NCBI GenBank assembly: GCA_019056785.1
Contig: DXJV01000076.1
Location: 1 to 40,949 of the forward strand
Length of the DNA: 40,949 nucleotides
Direction: 5' to 3'
From: Candidatus Heimdallarchaeota archaeon
GTDB lineage: Archaea > Asgardarchaeota > Heimdallarchaeia > JABLTI01
In this document: positions 9,298 to 17,006 of the stretch, piece by piece
Layout: every line of letters starts with the position of its first letter
Numbering within the stretch: position 1 is the stretch's first letter
The notes under the pieces: generated by a model
What the model was told of the DNA's origin: nothing
What the model saw: only the letters and a program-made list of their open reading frames with translations
The model's database searches: none
Translations under genes and position numbers: made by a program

Positions 9298-10422
9298 TCA
9301 CTTATGGGCTTCTATGTGAATGATAACCTCTTTGCATTCTGGGCATTTCTCACTCCAGGGAATTCGAGCAAAACAATTAGAACAGATCATTTCAGGTTCT
9401 TGTTCTACTTCCCCCGGTTTGAAAAGCGCTTCTGGTTCTGGGTGCTTCATTAATGGTTGAGGGTCAGGTATTTCTTCAACTTTCTTAATATCTTCGCCTA
9501 ATTCTTTCTTCACTCTGTTGATATAAGGATTAACTAAATCGAGACGCCGGTTTGCTGCTTCTAATAATTCAGTATTGCTTTCAGAAAGCTTTACAGCGTT
9601 TTCGAAATAATGTTTGGCTTTTAAGAGGTAGAAATGTGATTCGTTTAATTGGTTATTGTTTGAATAGCCAACTGCAATGTAAAAACAAGCCATCCCCAAT
9701 TCTGTTGAGGCGAAAATCTTTACTCGAGTATCGGTTGTTTCAGGAAGATCAAAATTCATCATAGAAAATCGGTATGATGCTGCCCCCGCAAAAAGCTTAG
9801 CAGCACGCTCAAAATTGCCTTCTTTCCGAGCGATAAAGGCTTCTGCTTTTGTAAGTTCTGCTTCAATCTCGATTTTCCGCAATAGAAGCATTTGATAAAA
9901 GGGGTAAGCATAGCTTTCAGGCTCTGGTTTCAACTTTTTCATGAAAAGAATCGCCCCTTTTATTGCCGAGTAAGCAGAGATGAAGAAATAACGATATTGT
10001 GGACTTGTTTGGACGTGTTTTTGAGCATTTGCTTGATAGACGAGAGCGACCAAATAAAGTAAAATAGCAACCTCGTAATTCTCATCAACAAACCGGCCTA
10101 AATAACCATTGGTTAGTAAAATCCATTTGTTCTTTACTCCGAGTTGTTTCAATTTTGTTTTCATAAATATCTTTGCTAAAATCCTGGCGATTTTTTGGAG
10201 TGCTTGGATTTGTTGTACAGGTTCTTTCATGGGAAAGATAATATCAATAAGATTAGGAAGTTTTGTGAGAATTTCATCGACAATTTCAAGCTTAGCAGGG
10301 TTGCCTTCATTTTTACTGTTTTCAAGTTGTTTTACAAATCCTCTCAAAAAATTCTGCTCTTCTTCCAAATAATCATTGATGTCTTTTAATTCCAAGGGGA
10401 TCTTATAGAGATAACTCATCAT
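9298..10422 (-). CDS. TPR/SNAP-like helical protein with C-terminal zinc ribbon
   Basis: Ala-rich repeated helices (EGNFERAAKLFAGAASY; LLKAKHYFENAVKL), a Pro-rich linker, and a terminal CSNC-x9-CPEC. Confidence 0.6.
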   Translation of the reverse strand: MMSYLYKIPLELKDINDYLEEEQNFLRGFVKQLENSKNEGNPAKLEIVDEILTKLPNLIDIIFPMKEPVQQIQALQKIARILAKIFMKTKLKQLGVKNKWILLTNGYLGRFVDENYEVAILLYLVALVYQANAQKHVQTSPQYRYFFISAYSAIKGAILFMKKLKPEPESYAYPFYQMLLLRKIEIEAELTKAEAFIARKEGNFERAAKLFAGAASYRFSMMNFDLPETTDTRVKIFASTELGMACFYIAVGYSNNNQLNESHFYLLKAKHYFENAVKLSESNTELLEAANRRLDLVNPYINRVKKELGEDIKKVEEIPDPQPLMKHPEPEALFKPGEVEQEPEMICSNCFARIPWSEKCPECKEVIIHIEAHK

Positions 10423-10454
10423 TTGTCACCATTTTTTTATGTCTTATAGATAAT

Positions 10455-11186
10455 TTATTCCACAACGACAATTGCGCCGATAGCATCGTCGAGTGAAGGT
10501 CTTTCCGGTTTAATTTCTTTGACTTTTTCGCCGCCTTCAGCTGTCTCTATCTTTTTAATTTTGGGCGGTCCGCCAGGGACCGATGGTTCGCGCTTTTTTG
10601 GTGTTGGCCTTATCTGCATGTCTTCTCTTGGAGGGGTCAATCTTTGAGGTGCTGCTGTCTGGCCTTCGCGTAGATTGTTCATCATTTTAGTCATAACTTC
10701 AGCAAATTGCCCAAAAACCGCTTGGAGGGTTTCTTCAGTACCTCTTGTGGTCTCTTGGCCGGCATTTAACCCAAAAACTCCGCGTTCTATACGCATTTTA
10801 AGCCGGATGGAATCACGAACCCATTCTGCTCTGCCGCCTGCAGGAATATTTTCTTCAATATATTCAATGATGTCCGCATGTTTGTTGGGACTAAGAGTAA
10901 TAACGATATTCATTGGTTCCGTCCCACGAGGAGACGTGGGCGTTTTTACAGAAATACTCCTCTTTAGAGCAGATATTAGGCTTCGCCTTTTGCTTTTTTC
11001 AAGTTGAGAACTGTCTGAGGCTTCAATCCATTCCTTTGGGATGGCCGCCTTCGTTTCTTTCTTTGTTTCTTTTCTTTGTTTTGTTTTAGAGCTGGTTGGT
11101 GTTTCCTTGCTTTTTGTTGGCGTCTTTTTCTTCTTGCTCTCAGCGGGCTTTTTTGTGGGCTCTTTAGAACTCATTTCCATTATCAT
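10455..11186 (-). CDS. ParR/StbB-like ribbon-helix-helix adaptor protein
   Basis: MNIVITLSPNKHADIIEYIEENIPAGGRAEWVRDSIRLKMR fits a strand-helix-helix RHH. It has disordered flanks and a short C-terminal amphipathic motif, and it overlaps the 3' end of the ParM-like gene. Confidence 0.65.
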   Translation of the reverse strand: MIMEMSSKEPTKKPAESKKKKTPTKSKETPTSSKTKQRKETKKETKAAIPKEWIEASDSSQLEKSKRRSLISALKRSISVKTPTSPRGTEPMNIVITLSPNKHADIIEYIEENIPAGGRAEWVRDSIRLKMRIERGVFGLNAGQETTRGTEETLQAVFGQFAEVMTKMMNNLREGQTAAPQRLTPPREDMQIRPTPKKREPSVPGGPPKIKKIETAEGGEKVKEIKPERPSLDDAIGAIVVVE

Positions 11187-12246
11187 CTCCTAAGTCTGAA
11201 ACAAATTTCCGAGCAAAAAGCTCAAACCCTCTTGAATTGGACATTACCGGGTCTTCGGGAATAATCAACATTTCAGGGTGTTCTGCCAATCCGGCTTGTT
11301 CAAATCCTTCCTTAATTCTATCACCAAAAATGTGTACGCCTCCTCCACATAAGATTATTCTCTCAATAATTGCGTCTGGGGGTAAAGTTCCTATCAGACG
11401 ATTAACCTCGTCAAGAATTACATCAGCGATGATATCAATATGGTATTCTTTCATGCCAAGAATGTCCCATTTCTCACCACCTATCGTGAGCATATCCATA
11501 CCTTGCGATAAAGCGGACATGAGATCAAAGGGACGAATGATCTTGCCGGTTTGATTTTGTAACTCTTGAGCAATCCGGTGGGTTAACGTGTCCGTTGCTT
11601 CTTCTAAACTCCCAGAAGCTTGTCGCATAACTCTCCCCTCATATAAGGTTAGAATGTCTGTTGAACCATGGCCAATATCAATGACTATCGCATCAACTGC
11701 CCGAGACTCACCAATACTCTTAAGCGTATAATAATATGTTCCGAAGGGTTCCGGCATAACAATACAATGTCGAATGGTGAGTTTCCGCTCAATAATTTCA
11801 CCTGTAGCTTCATTTTCGACATTTATTTCTAAATTGCCTTTCAATCCTTTGGCTAGTTTCACCATCTCTTTTTTGGAAGAGGCTACAGGGACACCTGTTG
11901 CCATGATAATCTGGTCATAGTTTTTATTTGACGTTAGGGCAAGAATGGCTTTAATTGCAAGGATAGCATCTTCAATGCTTTTGACCTTCCCTTCGCTGGC
12001 AATCTCTCGTTTCACTTCACTTTGTAATCTTGCAAGCTCACCAACATAAAGGCTTTTATCTTTTTCATGGATGACCAGGTTTTTCTCTAAAGATGCATCG
12101 CCACTAAACCCCCGCCATCCTTCTAAAGGCATCCCAACAATTGAAGGTATTTTTTTAAGAAGATGAGCACAAGATAGTTTAATCGTTGATGTTCCTAAAT
12201 CTATACCCATTGCACGATAGGTAGGCCGTAAGGACATTTCAATCAT
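11164..12246 (-). CDS. ParM/StbA-family actin-like ATPase
   Basis: Phosphate-1 GIDLGTSTIK, TGVP, connect-1 VMPEPFG, phosphate-2 IDIGHGSTD, adenosine ILCGGG, connect-2 DPVMSNSRGF. Confidence 0.9.
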   Translation of the reverse strand: MIEMSLRPTYRAMGIDLGTSTIKLSCAHLLKKIPSIVGMPLEGWRGFSGDASLEKNLVIHEKDKSLYVGELARLQSEVKREIASEGKVKSIEDAILAIKAILALTSNKNYDQIIMATGVPVASSKKEMVKLAKGLKGNLEINVENEATGEIIERKLTIRHCIVMPEPFGTYYYTLKSIGESRAVDAIVIDIGHGSTDILTLYEGRVMRQASGSLEEATDTLTHRIAQELQNQTGKIIRPFDLMSALSQGMDMLTIGGEKWDILGMKEYHIDIIADVILDEVNRLIGTLPPDAIIERIILCGGGVHIFGDRIKEGFEQAGLAEHPEMLIIPEDPVMSNSRGFELFARKFVSDLGDDNGNEF

Positions 12247-12260
12247 TTCTCCAAAAGAAT

Positions 12261-12300
12261 CTCAGTCAAGAGAATTTGACTCAGTATCTATATTATATAT
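12261..12300 (-). promoter_or_regulatory. Putative promoter/operator of the ParM-like operon
   Basis: TATA-like atatataata (minus strand, 12291-12300) and the palindrome AGTCAA-N6-TTGACT (12264-12281) over the expected start site. Confidence 0.4.
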
Positions 12301-12484
12301 CTTATGAATAAATTCTTGCATTAGGATAAAAAGTATTGCCATTTTAACATTCCTTTTCTTCTTTGAAGAAGGTAAAATGCCCTACAATATCAAGGTTTTT
12401 AATCTGAGGGAAACTTACTTTTGAGTAGTGGATAAACAAAACATTACTCATTCAAAAAAGTGAATGCATTGGAGGTAGAAAAAT

Positions 12485-12766
12485 TTGTTTAAACAATTGT
12501 CTTCAAAAGAACTACAAAAAATCTATTCTGAACGTCCGTGGATAAATAAAAACGCTTTAACTAATCTCTTCCTTTCAGCCTTTGCAGAAGCAGTAATCCC
12601 GGCAATGGACCAAGCCATGGAAAAGATGTTTAAAATTCTGACCAGTACGGAGTTTATTGCAAAAATTGAAGAAGATGTTATCGATGAGTCTATTCAACGA
12701 GTAATAGCTATGATAAAAGATGATTTGAGGAAAGACCTGGTTAAAGGCATGTTATTTGATGAGTGA
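12485..12766 (+). CDS. Small helical hypothetical protein
   Basis: 93-aa ORF with a TTG start preceded by a strong GGAGGT SD, divergent from the ParM-like gene. Confidence 0.65.
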   Translation: MFKQLSSKELQKIYSERPWINKNALTNLFLSAFAEAVIPAMDQAMEKMFKILTSTEFIAKIEEDVIDESIQRVIAMIKDDLRKDLVKGMLFDE

Positions 12767-12783
12767 AACCGAAACTCATCTTC

Positions 12784-13455
12784 TCACCTTTTTTTTGGTT
12801 TTGCCTGCTCAATCCAAGTGATCCAATCATCAATAATTATTTTCTCGCCTTTCAAAGCAACTACGAAGGTCTTAATTTCAGGCTGGATCTCTTTGGCATG
12901 TTGGAATAAAATTTCAACCTTGAAGTCGGGGAAATACTCCAACAAGTCAGTTTTTGTGATGATGACTGCATCTGCTTCTTTGTAAATAACAGGATACTTT
13001 TTCGGTTTAAATGGCCCTTCAGGGACACTGGCCAAAATAATGCGGTAATCTTCCCCCAAATCGTGAGAGGATGGGCATACAAGGTTTCCAACATTTTCGA
13101 TGAACAAGAAATCAATGTCTGATAAGTCAATTTTCTCAAGCGCTTGAGTTATTAACCGGATATCAAGATGACACATCGAGCCTGTATTAATCTGCAGCAC
13201 TTTCACTCCATAATGCCTGATTCTTTCAGCATCGATAGTTGTGGCGAGATCACCTTCAATTACTGCTACTCGTTTTTTCCCTTGTAAACGCTTAATGGTT
13301 TCTTCAATAAGTGTTGTTTTTCCCCCGCCAGGGGAACCCATAAAATTAAAGGTAACAATGCCTTTTTCATGAAGCTGTTCACGAACCTCAGCAGCAATTT
13401 GCTCATTCTTCTTCATCACTCGCTCTAAAACCGGGATTTTTTTCGTTTCATTCAT
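12784..13455 (-). CDS. hypB: Hydrogenase nickel-incorporation GTPase HypB
   Basis: MGSPGGGKTT, IEGD, QINTGSMCHLD, ENVGNLVCP, KPKKYP, TKTD. ATG 13455 is preferred. Confidence 0.93.
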   Translation of the reverse strand: MNETKKIPVLERVMKKNEQIAAEVREQLHEKGIVTFNFMGSPGGGKTTLIEETIKRLQGKKRVAVIEGDLATTIDAERIRHYGVKVLQINTGSMCHLDIRLITQALEKIDLSDIDFLFIENVGNLVCPSSHDLGEDYRIILASVPEGPFKPKKYPVIYKEADAVIITKTDLLEYFPDFKVEILFQHAKEIQPEIKTFVVALKGEKIIIDDWITWIEQAKPKKR

Positions 13456-13746
13456 GATTAGGATTTCCTCGCTAAAAGCCAACTTGAAATGGTTATTAAA
13501 TAATTAGGTATTATTTTGACTATTATTTCCAATCTATTTGAGCTTGTCTTTTTTATCTTTGTGAATTCATTTACTGTTTTTTTCGTTTTCCAAATGATCG
13601 TGAGTTTCTACAATGAATTAATTTTTAAAAGAATAAGAACAATAAGTCTTTTGTAAATTAAGAGACATTATAGTTATTGATAATTAAATAGTTGCCAGCC
13701 TGCTCTAGCATTCAGTTCCTAAAATTCGTCAAGTGGAGACCTATTA

Positions 13747-14397
13747 ATGCCTATTAAAAGAGCCTCAAACATTACTTTAAATCCGGATGCCGCAAATGAA
13801 CTTAAAATTGTTCTTGTTGGTGATTCAAAAGTTGGGAAAACAACTCTATTGGAGACTTTAAAGGGCGATGGAATGATCGAGCGTGGCTATTCTGTTTCAT
13901 TACAACTCGAGTCTCGAGAAATTGCAAAAAACAGCTCCTCTCCAAAAGTCGGACGGATTTTCGATTTACGTTCCCAGAGATATTTCCCCTTTCTTCATTC
14001 CATTTATTATCATGGAGCAAAAGGGGCAATAATTGTTTTTGATGTTACTAATCGTCTTAGTTTCGAGTCAGTTATTAAGTGGCGTGACATTATTTGGGGG
14101 CATGTGGGAAAGATACCTTTACTCTTAGTTGGAAATAAATCCGACTTAAAAAACGACCCTGAGTTGCATATTTCTATTAACGAGGGGAAAGCCTTAGCAA
14201 AAGAGCTCTCTGCCCTTCAAGAAATACCGGTCCCCTATCTCGAGGTGTCAGCAGTCTACCACATTATTGCTTTTTGTGATGAACGTATCAAACCAATTGA
14301 AACAGAAGATATTTATCCTACTTATGAGGAATTTCGGAAACCGTTCTATATTTGGTTAATTGAAATCATTAAAAAAGGCGGAGAGACTAAGCTATGA
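13747..14397 (+). CDS. Rab/Ras-like small GTPase with degenerate G3
   Basis: KIVLVGDSKVGKT, YYHGAKGAIIVFDVT, LVGNKSDL, EVSA. G3 reads DLRSQ rather than DxxGQ. Confidence 0.85.
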   Translation: MPIKRASNITLNPDAANELKIVLVGDSKVGKTTLLETLKGDGMIERGYSVSLQLESREIAKNSSSPKVGRIFDLRSQRYFPFLHSIYYHGAKGAIIVFDVTNRLSFESVIKWRDIIWGHVGKIPLLLVGNKSDLKNDPELHISINEGKALAKELSALQEIPVPYLEVSAVYHIIAFCDERIKPIETEDIYPTYEEFRKPFYIWLIEIIKKGGETKL

Positions 14398-14456
14398 CAT
14401 GTGTACAGCCTAATGTGGTAGAGGAAAAAGACATTTGTGAAGTGCAAGTAATATGA
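14394..14456 (+). CDS. Candidate 20-aa bridging mini-ORF (MTCVQPNVVEEKDICEVQVI)
   Basis: ATGA overlaps with both the upstream stop and the downstream start. There is no homology evidence. Confidence 0.2.
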   Translation: MTCVQPNVVEEKDICEVQVI

Positions 14457-15439
14457 TTCGGTCCGTTAATATTACAAAAGATGCATATTACCAAATGCTG
14501 AGGTACGTACTCAAATACGCTAACCCGGACAAAGCTTATCGGCAATGGCGGGAAGTTATCGGTTGGCTGATAGGCAAAGTTAACGGTGACTCTATCACAG
14601 TTCTCCAAGCAATCCCAATGACAAGCGGGAGCTCAATTTTTGTTCAAATAGCTGATTATACAATTTTGCCGAAAATTGCAGAAGAAGCGGAGAAACATGG
14701 TGCAATTATCGTCGGCTGGTTTCACAGTCATCCTTCTTTTGGCTTTTTCCTATCAGGTATAGACATTCGAACACAAAGATACCAACAAAGTCTTTTTGAA
14801 AATGCAATAGCACTGGTTTGTGACCCCACAAAAGTAAGTGAAACTGAACCCGGCATTCATGGATACCAGGTGAATATGGAGCAAACACTTGGAAACGATT
14901 ATCGTGAGTTGACAGTACACGTTTCTATAGATGAACCCTATCCCAAAGTGTTAAAAACTCTCTTACTAGAAGCAGGAATAACCCGTTCGTTTGCTGAAGT
15001 AATAGCGTATGAAGAATTAGCCGGGTTATTTGCCCTTGAAGGAATTGCCCCACCAATATCCCCTTCATTGAAAGGTGCAAGTTTATTACCAGCTGAACGA
15101 GAAGCGGTTCCTGAAATTGTTGCTTCTTATATCATCCATGATTCTCTTGAATATAATAGGGAAGGCTACCTTCAAATCAAAATTTCTAATGTTGGTGAAG
15201 GTATTGCTTTTGTGGTCGATTTTGCCATGCTTCCTTCTTTTGATTTTAAATTATTATCCATGTACCCACGACGGACCGTTGATCAGTTGAATTATGACTC
15301 AACAATTGTTGAGACTTTCAAAATCAAACCAACGCAAAGGGGCGAAATTTATCTTCCGAGCTTAACAATTTATTATTTCACTGCAAAGCAGCGAAAATAC
15401 CAGGTCACAGTACCAGCACAGAGAGTAATTGTGGAGTGA
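14453..15439 (+). CDS. Rpn11/CSN5-like JAMM (MPN+) metalloisopeptidase with C-terminal Ig-like domain
   Basis: EVIGWLIG...VGWFHSHPSFGFFLSGIDIRTQ..YQ...ALVCDP. The C-terminal beta-sandwich has the pattern ISNVGEGIA...IKPTQRGEIYLPSLTIYY. Confidence 0.88.
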   Translation: MIRSVNITKDAYYQMLRYVLKYANPDKAYRQWREVIGWLIGKVNGDSITVLQAIPMTSGSSIFVQIADYTILPKIAEEAEKHGAIIVGWFHSHPSFGFFLSGIDIRTQRYQQSLFENAIALVCDPTKVSETEPGIHGYQVNMEQTLGNDYRELTVHVSIDEPYPKVLKTLLLEAGITRSFAEVIAYEELAGLFALEGIAPPISPSLKGASLLPAEREAVPEIVASYIIHDSLEYNREGYLQIKISNVGEGIAFVVDFAMLPSFDFKLLSMYPRRTVDQLNYDSTIVETFKIKPTQRGEIYLPSLTIYYFTAKQRKYQVTVPAQRVIVE

Positions 15440-15470
15440 AAAAAAAGAGAGGAGGAATATAGTTCTCCTA

Positions 15471-16094
15471 CTATTGTTTTGCTCTCCGCTCGCGAATCCA
15501 GCCAACAAGTCCAATAATAATAAAAGCAAGAATCGCCAGCAGTAAGATGACAAAAACGCCGTAAATGTATTTTGGTGCATCTTCACGCTTCACTTTGACG
15601 TTGACTGTTTTCGTCTCACCGATTTGTAGTTCGTAATCAACAACTTGCTCGTCGCCAACATCTTTAATGTCACGGTAATAAAGTTTCAATGAAACTGTAT
15701 AATTATCTTTCACAGGCCACTCATCGCCAATGATGTGTTGAAAAGCAAATGTCCGTGATTCGTGTGGGGCAACGGTATTTCTATTGGGGAGGGAATCAAA
15801 CGAGAAATCCTCAAAGGGTCTTATGTCAACAAATTGCCCGGTTTTATTAACTTCTAAAACTTCAACTTTAAGATAGGTTAGAATGTACGTGGCGAGAGAC
15901 TCATTATTATAGATAGTTCCTCCAAAAATAACAACATCGCCTTGATGAATGTCACCAGAAGGACCAATTCTATTAAATACTACTAAATGTCCTGCTGAAA
16001 CTTTTGCCAGGTTGGGCTCTATTACGAATGCTACTGTTAGAATGCATGTTAGAATAAAGGTTAATCGAAGTAATTTTTTATTCATTCTACTCAC
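15471..16094 (-). CDS. Type-I membrane protein, TRAP-alpha (SSR1)-like
   Basis: Signal peptide, a beta-sandwich (NTVAPHESRTFAF, LKLYYRD, TVNV...RED), one C-terminal TM helix and a basic tail RERRAKQ. Confidence 0.55.
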   Translation of the reverse strand: MSRMNKKLLRLTFILTCILTVAFVIEPNLAKVSAGHLVVFNRIGPSGDIHQGDVVIFGGTIYNNESLATYILTYLKVEVLEVNKTGQFVDIRPFEDFSFDSLPNRNTVAPHESRTFAFQHIIGDEWPVKDNYTVSLKLYYRDIKDVGDEQVVDYELQIGETKTVNVKVKREDAPKYIYGVFVILLLAILAFIIIGLVGWIRERRAKQ

Positions 16095-16169
16095 TCGAGA
16101 CTGTTTTTGTAGGAACTTATTTTCAGTTTAAGTTTTATTTTCTTTTAAAAGATTTCTTTCAGATGAATT

Positions 16170-16811
16170 TCAACTGCTTGCTTTTTCTTCAAAAAGCTTT
16201 GCTGCAACTGCTGTTCTAATGTGGCGGTATTCTTGTTCAAGCCGGGCATCGAAAGTATTGTTAATCGTAACAGAACTATCTGCCGTTTGAAGAACAACCC
16301 CTCCAAGGGCAGTGATGCGGTCCTTTGCTAGTTTTAAAGTACATTTTGTACCACATTTTTTCGTGATTTCTTTCGCAATTGCGGTTAAATCCTTCAATTT
16401 GGCGGCATCTTCTTTTCTTGCCTTGATCAGCAAGTCGCCCCCACCCAAAGCCACTCCAGATTCAATAATGAGCTCCCGCAAAACCTTTTCATAAGCAGCC
16501 TGTTTCGGGAATTTTGACAATTCAGTTTTTGCCAGCTCAAACACTTTTAAAATTTCATCTTCTTTTTTTTGCAAGATTTCTTGTCTAGCTTGAAGGTTTA
16601 TGGATGCAATTTGTTGTTTTTCCAGTTCATTTATTTGTTTAAGTTGTCTGTCTAAAATTGTTTGCTTCTCTTTTTCTGCTTTTTCGGTTCCTCTTTGCAT
16701 GATCTCTTTTACTTTTTGTTCAGCTTCTTTGAGGATAGTTTTTGCCTCGGCTTTTGCATCTGCTAAAATGTCCTCAATCATTTGATTTATTCGAGTCTCT
16801 TCACCAGACAA
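16170..16811 (-). CDS. atpE: A/V-type ATP synthase subunit E
   Basis: N-terminal stalk helix (IEDILADAKAEAKTILKEAE) and the C-terminal signature LGGVVL...INNTFDARL. Confidence 0.9.
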   Translation of the reverse strand: MSGEETRINQMIEDILADAKAEAKTILKEAEQKVKEIMQRGTEKAEKEKQTILDRQLKQINELEKQQIASINLQARQEILQKKEDEILKVFELAKTELSKFPKQAAYEKVLRELIIESGVALGGGDLLIKARKEDAAKLKDLTAIAKEITKKCGTKCTLKLAKDRITALGGVVLQTADSSVTINNTFDARLEQEYRHIRTAVAAKLFEEKASS

Positions 16812-17006
16812 AGTTGTTTTTCTCCTAATGTTTAAACGAGTGATTCAAAATTTGAAATCCCTATTAAAAATTTTTTCACAAAAACTTCAAAAGAACCCTC
16901 TTTTTCTTTCTTTTCAAATTAACACAGCATTTATAATATTTAAAAAATAATAAACTGATTTGTTTAGAACACTTCACAAATATTTTTCAGTAATTAATCG
17001 GAGAAC

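Noticed and set aside
11164-12246. Calling the actin-fold gene a Lokiactin/eukaryotic actin or MreB
   Set aside because: It lacks actin DNGSG/GDG motifs and MreB-specific motifs. TGVP, PEP, DIGHGSTD and SNSRGF, together with the downstream RHH gene, fit the ParM/StbA family.
12247-12484. parC-like iteron array
   Set aside because: Only one short palindrome and weak inverted repeats were found; no tandem 10-11-bp iteron series is visible.
8533-12766. Integrated plasmid or provirus carrying parMR
   Set aside because: No integrase, rep, att-like repeat, tRNA target or obvious compositional break was seen. An old domestication event cannot be excluded.
14395-14421. UGA (Sec) read-through of the Rab-like GTPase
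   Set aside because: The in-frame continuation hits TAG after 7 codons and no SECIS is evident.
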